A stretch of DNA of 64,000 bases, taken from the NCBI GenBank assembly GCA_048882485.1, contig JBHLRP010000001.1, forward strand, positions 281,466-345,465, given 5' to 3'. Origin of the DNA: Candidatus Thorarchaeota archaeon (lineage in GTDB: Archaea > Asgardarchaeota > Thorarchaeia > Thorarchaeales > Thorarchaeaceae). Within the stretch, counting starts at the first letter, position 1. Every line of letters begins with the position of its first letter. This document shows, one piece after another, positions 29,702 through 38,273 of the stretch. The notes under the pieces are model-generated. The model saw only the letters and a list, made by a program, of their open reading frames with translations, ran no database searches and was not told the DNA's origin. The translations under genes and the position numbers were made by a program.

Positions 29702-30415
29702 TCAAAGCTCGCTCTTTTCCTGCTTAGCTTTCAGTCTCCATTGATAGCATGATGCAACTCCAGCACAAATCCACAAAGTTGCCAGAATTTGATGTGGTAT
29801 TAGCAACACCCGTAGACTTTGAGCCAATGGAGATGGGAATATTGCGATGACCCACATCATAATCTGTGTATCTACCTCTATAGTTTGATTCTGACTTGGA
29901 TTATAGTAATTTGCAGTCCAGTTGGCCACAGTGATAGGTCCCGAAAGAGGATATGGCAGAGAAATAGCTAAATTGGTGTCATTAGCATAGGTGCCAGAAT
30001 AATAGAATACATCTGGTCGATTCTCATCCACAATGTAGAATGTAACATTTCCATTTTCCAAAAGAATTCGAACTTCAAAGTCTGATCCATCAAGAGATCC
30101 TTGGTTTGATAAGGGGCCCAGTTTACTCCGTTCTCCGGGTGAGAGGGAAAAGGTAGCAGTTGCACCCGGACTGCCATAGTAATAGGCATTGATTTCAAAC
30201 TGATTGAGTATCAATACAGGCGAAATAACAAGGGTACTCAGTAGTAAAACCATCATGCCATTCCTTCTCTTTCTTATCCATTGACTTTTCCAAAAAATGA
30301 CAAAGCATACTATAACAGTAGGAATGGACGAAATCACCACATTCCAGAGATAGTACACTACCGAGAGCATATGTAAACCCTCAATTGCACGCAAGTTGAG
30401 CTTGTACCTTTCCAC
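29702..30415 (-). CDS. Hypothetical membrane protein with extracellular beta domain
   Basis: Two N-terminal TMs, a sequon-rich loop and a C-terminal TM; AT-rich; start uncertain. Confidence 0.6.
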   Translation of the reverse strand: MERYKLNLRAIEGLHMLSVVYYLWNVVISSIPTVIVCFVIFWKSQWIRKRRNGMMVLLLSTLVISPVLILNQFEINAYYYGSPGATATFSLSPGERSKLGPLSNQGSLDGSDFEVRILLENGNVTFYIVDENRPDVFYYSGTYANDTNLAISLPYPLSGPITVANWTANYYNPSQNQTIEVDTQIMMWVIAIFPSPLAQSLRVLLIPHQILATLWICAGVASCYQWRLKAKQEKSEL

Positions 30416-30544
30416 ATTAGATTAATTAGCTATTAGATTTTATTGCTCATTTACATCGTGATTGATAAGTTCGTAAGTATCAGGAACTACTCGTGCATCA
30501 TGTTTATCTGAGGTGAGTCTGAACAAGACCTCCTGTGAAGTGAC

Positions 30545-31483
30545 ATGCCACTCCGCGATGAACTTAATGGTTACCTTAGGCTTCCTAGAGCGTTCTTTGG
30601 CGTTAAGGAGCCTGAGACCGGGATTCCTGATGTAGGTGTATTGGGTGTGCCTTATGACCTGACATCTAGCCATATGCCTGGGTGCCGCTTTGGTCCTGAT
30701 GCCATCAGAGCTGCTACGGACTCCGAGAGGTCCCACAGCTTTCCGCTAACAATTGGTAAAGGAGCCATGCTCACGGATGATCCCTTGTCAAAGCTCATCA
30801 CACTAGAGGACATTGGAGACCTTGAGGTAATGGGACGACTCCCTGACGCAGCTCAAGTCGATATCTCAGAAGCCGCTGCAAAGCTGGCTATATTGAATTC
30901 CAGCTTCTTGTTCCTAGGTGGCGATCACTTCATCACCTATCCTCTCCTAAAGGGAATCAAGCGAGCTAGTCCTGGACGATATGGGATTGTCTATTTCGAT
31001 TCTCACGCTGATTTCTATGAAGACTACGGTGGATACTCTTTATCGCACGCTACGACACTGAGGCGGCTGGTTGAGGAGAAGGTGGTAGGGATTGAGGATG
31101 TGGTTGCATATGACCTTCGATCAGCTCTTCCCGAGCAGAAGAAAGCCATTCTTGGAGACAATACTCTGATTCCTACATTTGAGTCGTTTCAGGAATCGCT
31201 CAACGCAGTGTCCGAACGTGTCGATTCGTTGTATGTGTCCATAGACCTTGATGTATTAAGACCCAGCATCCAGTCTAGTGTCAGTCATCCAGAGTCTGGC
31301 GGTCCTGATGTTGAAACACTAGCTGGATTCATCAGAGCATGTTTTGCGACAAAGAAGGTTCGATATGCGGATATAGTGGAACTGAATCCCTTAACTGATA
31401 AGTCTGGTCTTGGAGCCATTGCCGCACGTGATATTGTGAAGGAAATCCTCACCGGATTCGCCTTTCAGAAAGGCTTAAATTAG
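30545..31483 (+). CDS. speB: Agmatinase / ureohydrolase family
   Basis: 'GVPYD..S...GCRFGP.AIR', GGDH, DSHAD, SIDLDVL, 'DIVELNP'. Confidence 0.85.
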   Translation: MPLRDELNGYLRLPRAFFGVKEPETGIPDVGVLGVPYDLTSSHMPGCRFGPDAIRAATDSERSHSFPLTIGKGAMLTDDPLSKLITLEDIGDLEVMGRLPDAAQVDISEAAAKLAILNSSFLFLGGDHFITYPLLKGIKRASPGRYGIVYFDSHADFYEDYGGYSLSHATTLRRLVEEKVVGIEDVVAYDLRSALPEQKKAILGDNTLIPTFESFQESLNAVSERVDSLYVSIDLDVLRPSIQSSVSHPESGGPDVETLAGFIRACFATKKVRYADIVELNPLTDKSGLGAIAARDIVKEILTGFAFQKGLN

Positions 31484-31511
31484 TAGTAATTGCACATAAT
31501 TTTCGGCTGAG

Positions 31512-32237
31512 ATGACAATTGCTGAAGAGAGAATAGAGCAAGTGAGCTCACGAGCAGAGGCAACACTAAGGGAATTTGGATTTGGTGCGCACGAATCCTC
31601 AGTGATACTATCACTGAACCAGCTTGAGAGTGCGACTGTAGCTGATCTCTCTACAGCAACAGGAATTCACCACGCAAATCTCTATTCTGTTCTTGATGGT
31701 CTTGTGTCTAGAGGTTTAGTCATTGAACATGAAGGTAGACCTCGGAGATTCGAGTTCACTCCATTATCCAACGCGAGAGACCTCCTATCTACAAGATTGG
31801 ACCAGCTTATCCTGGACATGGAGAGGATTCAACAGGAGCGAGAAACCACACAGCATCTGCCCACGCTGATATACACAATCCGTGGCAGGTCCATAGTTGA
31901 ATCAAAGATACAGGGTATGATTTCAAAGGCAACAGAACGGATACTCCTCGTAACACCTACTTTGGAGATGTTTGATGAGCCCTTTCATGTAGCATTGAAG
32001 ACTGCATCCGAACGCGGTGTTTCGATACGATTGATGGTTGCGGAGGCAGCCGATGAGCTAGACTATAAGGTCGAGCAGAGAATCAGAGAAGATACACTCG
32101 CAGTCAATCTAGTAGTCGATGGTGCGGAAGCCCTTATTTCGATGCCAGACCTGTCGGTATGTGGATGGGCTGATAATGCTCTGATATCTCTGCAGCTCGA
32201 GGGATTTCTTGAGCAGACATGGAATATGTCGAGGTAG
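31512..32237 (+). CDS. TrmB-family transcriptional regulator
   Basis: 'LREFGFGAHES...ATVADLS...LYSVLDGLVSRGLV...GRPRRF' HTH plus C-terminal effector domain. Confidence 0.85.
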   Translation: MTIAEERIEQVSSRAEATLREFGFGAHESSVILSLNQLESATVADLSTATGIHHANLYSVLDGLVSRGLVIEHEGRPRRFEFTPLSNARDLLSTRLDQLILDMERIQQERETTQHLPTLIYTIRGRSIVESKIQGMISKATERILLVTPTLEMFDEPFHVALKTASERGVSIRLMVAEAADELDYKVEQRIREDTLAVNLVVDGAEALISMPDLSVCGWADNALISLQLEGFLEQTWNMSR

Positions 32238-32243
32238 CACACT

Positions 32244-33617
32244 ATGGTAGATTATGATGTTATTGTCGCTGGAGCCGGCACGGGGGGCGCAATCACAGCG
32301 CTTACCTTGGCCCAGAAAGGCCATTCGGTCCTGGTTCTAGACAGAAAGGCGAGGGACACAATTGGCCTGAAGACTTGTGGGGACGCTTTAGGTGCCCATC
32401 ACATCCGTGAGCTAAAGGAGATGATTGGTCTTCCTGACTTGCCGAAGGATATTATCGAACACCATGTTTCAGGAATGGACCTTTACGCTCCTGATGGAGA
32501 GCACAAGCTCACAATGGTTGGAGAGACCACTAGGGGATACTCATTTAATCGACACAAGATGGGACAGTGGCTAGTTTCTCTAGTTGAGAAAGCTGGTGCT
32601 GAGGTATTGGCTTCCACTCGAGTCAAGAAGCTTCTGTTCGAAGAAGGGAAGGTTTCTGGTGTCAGAATCTCCAAGGAAGGCGAGGATGCTGAGAAGGACT
32701 TCACTGCGAGAATCGTTGTAGATGCAACAGGTGCCACTGGAATGCTCCGCCGTCAGCTACCAGATAGTTCACCGATTGAGAAGACTGTTGCCAAGGAAGA
32801 TCAGATGGTAGCATGGAGGGACATCTATGAAACCCCAGAATACGAATTCGAGACTCCGGACATTCTAGAGATCCACTGGAATCAGGAACAGACACTTGGG
32901 GGTTATACCTGGGTGTTTCCTGCAGGTCCACATAGAGTCAATGTTGGGCTCGGGGTTATGATGATTCCAGGTTATACCCATCCAAAGACAATCTTCAATA
33001 GATTCGTCAGGACCAACTGGGATTTCATGAAAACCAAACTCATGATATACGATAGCAGTGGGGGGATTGCTCCCATCCGGCGTCCTATAGACACAATGGT
33101 GGATGACAACTTTATGCTGGTTGGGGACTCAGCATGTCAGGTGAATCCCATACATGGAGGAGGAATTGGTTCTTCTATGCTAGGGGGCGTTCATGCCGCA
33201 AATGTTGCATCAGAGGCCCTTGAGAGAAACAACACTTCTATTGATTCTCTGTGGGAGTATAATCCTCGATATATGGAGGCATATGGCATAAAGCAAGCAT
33301 CATTGGATGTCTTCAGATGGTTCCTACTCAATGTCACAAATGATGAGATTGACTTTGCATTCCAGAAGGGAATTGTTAAGGGAATTGATCTTCTTAGCGT
33401 CAGCATTACAGGCAAGATGGAGATTGGAATGGGCGACAAGTTCAAGCGGTTAGTTTCAGGCATCGGGAATATCCCGCTGCTGAGAAGAGTCAACAAAGTG
33501 GCTTCCTTGATGGAAGATGTGAAAGAAGTCTACAGGCAGTATCCTGACTCACCTAAGGGACTTGAGGCTTGGAAAGCTCGACTTACTCCAATCTATGATG
33601 CTGCAAAGGCATTGTAG
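32244..33617 (+). CDS. Digeranylgeranylglycerophospholipid (geranylgeranyl) reductase
   Basis: GAGTGG FAD motif, 'KTCGD', 'GGYTWVFP', 'GDSACQVNPIHGGG'. Confidence 0.9.
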   Translation: MVDYDVIVAGAGTGGAITALTLAQKGHSVLVLDRKARDTIGLKTCGDALGAHHIRELKEMIGLPDLPKDIIEHHVSGMDLYAPDGEHKLTMVGETTRGYSFNRHKMGQWLVSLVEKAGAEVLASTRVKKLLFEEGKVSGVRISKEGEDAEKDFTARIVVDATGATGMLRRQLPDSSPIEKTVAKEDQMVAWRDIYETPEYEFETPDILEIHWNQEQTLGGYTWVFPAGPHRVNVGLGVMMIPGYTHPKTIFNRFVRTNWDFMKTKLMIYDSSGGIAPIRRPIDTMVDDNFMLVGDSACQVNPIHGGGIGSSMLGGVHAANVASEALERNNTSIDSLWEYNPRYMEAYGIKQASLDVFRWFLLNVTNDEIDFAFQKGIVKGIDLLSVSITGKMEIGMGDKFKRLVSGIGNIPLLRRVNKVASLMEDVKEVYRQYPDSPKGLEAWKARLTPIYDAAKAL

Positions 33618-33641
33618 CAAATCAAGGACCTGTGTGTTTCA

Positions 33642-34586
33642 ATGAGATGTATGGGAGTTGCAGGTAGCGTTTCTCTCTACGCTCATGATGACTCCTATCT
33701 CTCCTACTTCAATAGTCCTTTCATTGGTCACAGAAGATTCAGTTCAATTGATGTGTATCCCGCAGATGGTGCGTGGGACGGTCCAGCGTTTTCACCAATT
33801 GATGGGAAAGTCACCCAGGTGAGAACTTTGAAGATGGGAAAAAAGAAGGCTTTCCCCACTTCTTCTCGCGACTATGCGATTGCAATCGCACCTGACGATG
33901 TGACGGACACAATTGTCCGGATTCTACATTGCAGGCCCAAAGTATCCGAAGGTGACGTTGTTTCAAAAGGGGATCTCATTGGGAGTCTAATCAGGTCTAG
34001 ATACTTCTGCTTTTGGACTGGCCCCCATTATCATGTCGAAGCAATGCATCCGAAGGACTTCATCAGGCCATCTCAATCATTTCCGATAATAGTCAAGACT
34101 AGAACGATTAACACTATTCTAGGAAATTCGGCCAATCAGTTTGAGTGTGAGGTCATGAACTGCACTCAAGATATTGTGGAGTGTTGGTCACATGAGATTT
34201 CTTCCGCAAGCATGGAGGAATATCACGGACACTTAGCTAAAATTGGCAGTTCATCTAGCATTCTTGATGCTGGCGTCCCCCATTACAAAAAAGGAGGATT
34301 GCTAGGAAATCCAATTGCAGATATTGGCTATCCAATTCAGGCGTTTGGCGTCTCAATAGGTCGTGTATCATCGATATCTGAATCCTTTGTACAATTCATA
34401 ATGGAGAAGAATGTAATTGCTACTCTGGATGGGGAGAATCTTGGGGGTCTATCGACACATCTCTATTCCAATAGGCAGCTAATTAATGGCCGTCCCCCCA
34501 TCTTCCTGATCCCCGAAGAACGCAATCAGTTTGAAGGAAGGCTATCCGAGGGTGACTGCATCGTTCTCAGTATCAATAAAACTTGA
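33642..34586 (+). CDS. M23-peptidase-like (hybrid-motif) protein
   Basis: 'GH...IDVY', 'SPIDGKV', 'LHCRPKVSEGDVVSKGDLIG', 'TGPHYHVE' (HxH). Confidence 0.6.
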   Translation: MRCMGVAGSVSLYAHDDSYLSYFNSPFIGHRRFSSIDVYPADGAWDGPAFSPIDGKVTQVRTLKMGKKKAFPTSSRDYAIAIAPDDVTDTIVRILHCRPKVSEGDVVSKGDLIGSLIRSRYFCFWTGPHYHVEAMHPKDFIRPSQSFPIIVKTRTINTILGNSANQFECEVMNCTQDIVECWSHEISSASMEEYHGHLAKIGSSSSILDAGVPHYKKGGLLGNPIADIGYPIQAFGVSIGRVSSISESFVQFIMEKNVIATLDGENLGGLSTHLYSNRQLINGRPPIFLIPEERNQFEGRLSEGDCIVLSINKT

Positions 34587-34601
34587 ATCCCCGTCATTGC
34601 T

Positions 34602-34644
34602 AAAAGCGAAAAAGAAGGAGAGAGGAGCTCAAAGGCTCCTCTCT
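34602..34644 (-). terminator. Hairpin plus U-tract terminating the secreted-peptide gene
   Basis: 10-bp stem AGAGAGGAGC/GCTCCTCTCT at 34619-34644; on the minus strand it is followed by ccttctttttcgctttt. Confidence 0.7.
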
Positions 34645-34681
34645 GTTGAGGATTGTTTCTAAAAAGCAGAACACATATTCC

Positions 34682-34951
34682 TCAATGGAAATCATAGAAG
34701 CAGAAATCGCATCCACCACCCCTATTCGCGACCTCTGACGACCAGTTATCCTCATGATCACGAATATCGATCGGTACCCAGCGATACATCTGCTTTGGTA
34801 CTGTTTCTCGGTCCACAGAAATGCTGTCCTTGCTTGAGTCCTCCTGGCACGGTGTTGCTGACAATGCGTTCACTGCACTAGTAAACACAGCTGCAGCGGA
34901 CATAGCAAAAAGGACGACTATCCCTGCTGCCAATATAGTCCTCTTGTTCAA
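34682..34951 (-). CDS. Small secreted prepro-peptide-like protein with C-terminal Cys/aromatic tail
   Basis: GAGGAG SD-like sequence plus TTG start; Sec-type signal peptide MNKRTILAAGIVVLFAMSAAA...; charged linker; ends NRGGGCDFCFYDFH; own promoter and terminator. Confidence 0.75.
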   Translation of the reverse strand: MNKRTILAAGIVVLFAMSAAAVFTSAVNALSATPCQEDSSKDSISVDRETVPKQMYRWVPIDIRDHEDNWSSEVANRGGGCDFCFYDFH

Positions 34952-35103
34952 CTATTCCTACTCTCCTCTATAATGTGCTGCATGGTCAAACTCGCGCAGC
35001 AGCCTAGAATACTGCCAGCTGTCTTGAGAGATTTTGAAAGCAAATTCCTGGGACTGGAATGGACAATGGAGGTCCAGGTTTTTGAAGACATTGAATTCAA
35101 CCA

Positions 35104-35483
35104 TGTAATAGTGTTACAGCTTACTCAATATATATTTTTCGATTACAAGTTTCATATTGCTTATTTGCCCTGTATGAGTTGAAGTAGTTTGCTAGATTAT
35201 CAAAACACAGGCCGGAATCCTCAAGCAAGGCATTTCGAGAACGCAAGGAAGGCAAGAACACTGTCCTTTCGCTTGAAGATTCCGTGTGATAGTATTACAT
35301 GTTACATTATATAATTCTTTCGTTTAATCAGAATTGAATGCTAAATCGGTGTCTAACAGGCCTTTTAGCATATTGGCATCCAAAATATCTCTAAAAGAGT
35401 GATCCCCTCTTTTTGGCTTAGAATTCCCTTTGAATTGTGGAAACATCCACTCGAAAGACATCATATACAGTAATAGTGTTACG
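35104..35483. promoter_or_regulatory. Three near-palindromic 15-bp boxes, each adjacent to a TATA-like element
   Basis: TGTAATAGTGTTACA at 35104-35118, TGTGATAGTATTACA at 35285-35299, AGTAATAGTGTTACG at 35469-35483. Confidence 0.7.
35213..35284 (-). ncRNA. Candidate structured RNA or leader (long hairpin)
   Basis: Minus strand CGGAAUCUUCAAGCGAAAGG...CCUUGCUUGAGGAUUCCG, about an 18-bp stem with one U-G pair and a 2-nt bulge, starting right after a BRE/TATA plus operator. Confidence 0.4.
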
Positions 35484-35527
35484 TAGAAAAATATATTAGA
35501 ATTCATTACTATAATTAGATAGGACAG

Positions 35528-35869
35528 GTGATCACATTGTCTGAAAAGAAAAGTTCATCGAAAGCTGCTGCACAGCTCAGTCTGAGGGAGGAACTTCTTG
35601 GGCAGCTCTCTGCAGAAGAGTTTGGTCTGAAAAAGCGTGAGATATCTGTAATGACCAGGATGAGTTCGGATATTGTTGAGATTCTTGACGCTCTTGTTGA
35701 GCTTGAGATATTCAAGAGTCGTTCTGAAGCAGTTGCAGCCTTCGTTGAGAAGTCGATTGCATCTCGTGGCGATCTATTCGATGAGATAAAAGTGCAGGCC
35801 AAAGAGATTACTCGAATGCGTGAGACCGCAAAGCGGCTCGCTTTCAAAGCAATGCAGGACAAGAGCTAG
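35528..35869 (+). CDS. Ribbon-helix-helix (CopG/Arc/MetJ-like) transcriptional regulator
   Basis: 'SVMTRMSSDIVEILDALVELEIFKSRSEAVAAFVEK' is an RHH signature (beta-helix-SRSE-helix), followed by a coiled coil. Confidence 0.8.
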   Translation: MITLSEKKSSSKAAAQLSLREELLGQLSAEEFGLKKREISVMTRMSSDIVEILDALVELEIFKSRSEAVAAFVEKSIASRGDLFDEIKVQAKEITRMRETAKRLAFKAMQDKS

Positions 35870-36189
35870 CCACACAGCACACAGAGAAGTAGTTGCGACA
35901 GAAGTCGTGGTTAATAGGTGGGAGACCCCAAGCCAATACATTGGAGCACGTTTGAAGCGAATTCATTTCCAGATTTGTGATGATTGAAAATCCTTGCGTT
36001 GCTGCCAACGCCACTCTTCTGCCTTCTTTCAAACCTGCTGTTGAAATAAGACTCGTTTCGCATCTAAGCTCACGTGTCTAAACCCATTACTTGTTCGAGT
36101 GATTATTTGAATGGGCATAAACCTTCGCCTACAATCCGTCAGAACGACATTGTTAAAGCAGAAAGGCCCCATCGTCGAGGACGATTGAG

Positions 36190-37170
36190 TTGGTCGAAAA
36201 GATTCGCTTATCCATTGGTACTGCAATTCAGATGGGATTGGAGCCAGGCGATTTGGATGAATGTTTCTCGACAGCATTCCTAATGACATATACTGATAGA
36301 AGGTGCAGCGCGAACTGTGCATTTTGTCCTCAGGCTAGGGGTAGCAACTCAGCTTCAGATCGACTTTCTAGAATTTCATGGCCCGTTTACACCTTGGATG
36401 ACATCATGGAACGATTCTCAGAAGATACTCCTTTCAAGCGTGTATGCATACAAGTTTTGAATTCGCCCGGCATAACCAAAGATGTCAAGCAGATAATCAT
36501 TCAGCTTCGAGATAACATACAGATTCCTATTTCAATTTCAATTCATCCTCTTTCAAAAGCAGAGATGATGAGACTACACGCAGCTGGAGCAACCAGCATC
36601 GGTATTGCGCTGGACGCATGTACTGAGCCTCTATTTACCAAGATTAAAGGAAAAGAGCGGGGCTCGGCGTACAGATGGCAAACTCACATTGAAGCCCTAT
36701 CCAATGCTCTGGAAGTGTTTGGAGAGGGGAATGTTGCCACCCATCTAATTGTGGGACTAGGTGAATCTGAGGAGGAGATCATTGAGTTTCTGAAAAAGAT
36801 GAAACGCCTCAAGATTCGAGTGGGTCTCTTTGCATTCACGAATATTCGCGGTACCGCACTAGAGCATTGGAGCCAGCCAGATATTTCGACTTACAGACGA
36901 GTTCAAGTAGTTCATTACATTCTCAACAATGAACTACTTAGCGATGACAAAATAAGAATAGTCGAAGGTGGAGAGGTTCAACTGGATTTATCCACGACAC
37001 GCCTGAAGGAAATCTTATCATCAGGAGCTGCTTTTCAGACATCCGGCTGCAAGGACTGCAACCGTCCCTACTATAATGAGCGTCCTAGTGGACCTCTCTA
37101 CAACTATCCGAGACCTCTTTCACGAGAGGAAGTAGCGGAAGCCATTGCAGCAACCGGTCTGGTGAGTTGA
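36190..37170 (+). CDS. lipS2: Radical SAM protein, LipS2-type archaeal lipoyl synthase subunit
   Basis: CSANCAFC radical-SAM motif, C-terminal 'TSGCKDCNRP' (LipS2 TxGCPxC(N/D)RP-like), directly upstream of lipoate ligase genes. Confidence 0.75.
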   Translation: MVEKIRLSIGTAIQMGLEPGDLDECFSTAFLMTYTDRRCSANCAFCPQARGSNSASDRLSRISWPVYTLDDIMERFSEDTPFKRVCIQVLNSPGITKDVKQIIIQLRDNIQIPISISIHPLSKAEMMRLHAAGATSIGIALDACTEPLFTKIKGKERGSAYRWQTHIEALSNALEVFGEGNVATHLIVGLGESEEEIIEFLKKMKRLKIRVGLFAFTNIRGTALEHWSQPDISTYRRVQVVHYILNNELLSDDKIRIVEGGEVQLDLSTTRLKEILSSGAAFQTSGCKDCNRPYYNERPSGPLYNYPRPLSREEVAEAIAATGLVS

Positions 37171-37171
37171 G

Positions 37172-37939
37172 ATGGAAGAGGTCCGTTTCCTTGACCTTGA
37201 AACAAATGATGCCTACACGAACATGGCGATTGATGAATCAATCATGCTAGCATTGAAAGCGGATGAGGTTCGCCCGACTCTGCGATTATATCGCTGGAAA
37301 CCCTCCGCTGTTTCAATAGGTACCTTTCAAGGAATGATTGAGGAGGTCGATTTAGACTTCTGCAGAAGACGAAATATCGATTATATCCGGAGAATAACGG
37401 GAGGCGGCGCTGTCTACCATGATTACGAGGGCGAAATTACCTATAGCATCATCCTACCAAAAGGACACAGATTGGCCCCTGATGATATTCTTGATTCATA
37501 TCGGCTCCTATGTGGAGGCGTGGTGAAGGGTCTTGGACATTTGGGAATTGCTGCAGAATTCAAGCCCATCAATGATGTAATTGCTGGCGGCAAGAAGGTG
37601 TCTGGCAACGCACAGACGCGAAGACATTCATGTGTTCTCCAACATGGCACCATACTGCTAGACCTGGATATCGAGACCATGTTCTCAGTCCTTAAGGTTC
37701 CCCAAGAAAAGATATCCGACAAGATGATTGCAGATGTAAAGGAAAGAGTGACATCTGTTAGAAACCTGCTGGATAGACAGGTTTCTTTTGAAGAATTGAG
37801 AGAGGCACTGGTGGTTGGTTTTACTTCTGCGTTGAGAGTTGAGCTCATTCATGACACTCTGACAACGAGTGAAATTGAGTCAATTCAACGTTTCAATTCT
37901 GAGAAATATGGTCAGGATGAATGGAATCTGAAGAGGTGA
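37172..37939 (+). CDS. lplA: Lipoate-protein ligase catalytic subunit
   Basis: 'NMAIDE', 'RRITGGGAVYHD', 'NDV..GKKVSGNAQ', 'LQHGTIL'. Confidence 0.92.
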   Translation: MEEVRFLDLETNDAYTNMAIDESIMLALKADEVRPTLRLYRWKPSAVSIGTFQGMIEEVDLDFCRRRNIDYIRRITGGGAVYHDYEGEITYSIILPKGHRLAPDDILDSYRLLCGGVVKGLGHLGIAAEFKPINDVIAGGKKVSGNAQTRRHSCVLQHGTILLDLDIETMFSVLKVPQEKISDKMIADVKERVTSVRNLLDRQVSFEELREALVVGFTSALRVELIHDTLTTSEIESIQRFNSEKYGQDEWNLKR

Positions 37940-37944
37940 TCTTA

Positions 37945-38238
37945 ATGAGCTATTACAGTCACAAAGTCCCTGGAGGGAAGCTAATTAAAATAAAGGTCGA
38001 ATCAAAAGATGAGTCCATTAGGGAGATCACGATTCTTGGCGATTTCTTCTTGCATCCAGAGTATGTTTTGGAGGAGATTGAGAGGTCACTGATGGGAGTC
38101 CAGCTTTCGGAAGATGTCATAGTACAGAAGATTACGTCAGTGTTGGAGAAGAACCATGCTACGCTAATCGGAGCGAATGCTGGCGACTTTGCCAAGGCAA
38201 TTATAGCAGCAAAAATGGCCTCAGACCACAACTCATAA
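37945..38238 (+). CDS. lplB: Lipoate-protein ligase C-terminal domain protein (LplB)
   Basis: 'KVPGGKLI...ITILGDFFLHPE..LEEIE..LMG'; GAGGTGA SD before ATG at 37945. Confidence 0.85.
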   Translation: MSYYSHKVPGGKLIKIKVESKDESIREITILGDFFLHPEYVLEEIERSLMGVQLSEDVIVQKITSVLEKNHATLIGANAGDFAKAIIAAKMASDHNS

Positions 38239-38273
38239 CAATCACCAAGCTGTCGTCAGTCTGGGGACTAGAA

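Noticed and set aside
34952-35527. CRISPR array or replication origin in the AT-rich spacer
   Set aside because: The repeats are only 15 bp and ~182 bp apart, with no cas or cdc6/orc1 gene nearby and no G-string ORB motif.
35870-36189. Short ORFs (35844..36032, 36029..36322, 36074..36283) or ncRNA in the gap before lipS2
   Set aside because: No recognisable motifs, SD or convincing structure; the ORFs overlap real genes.
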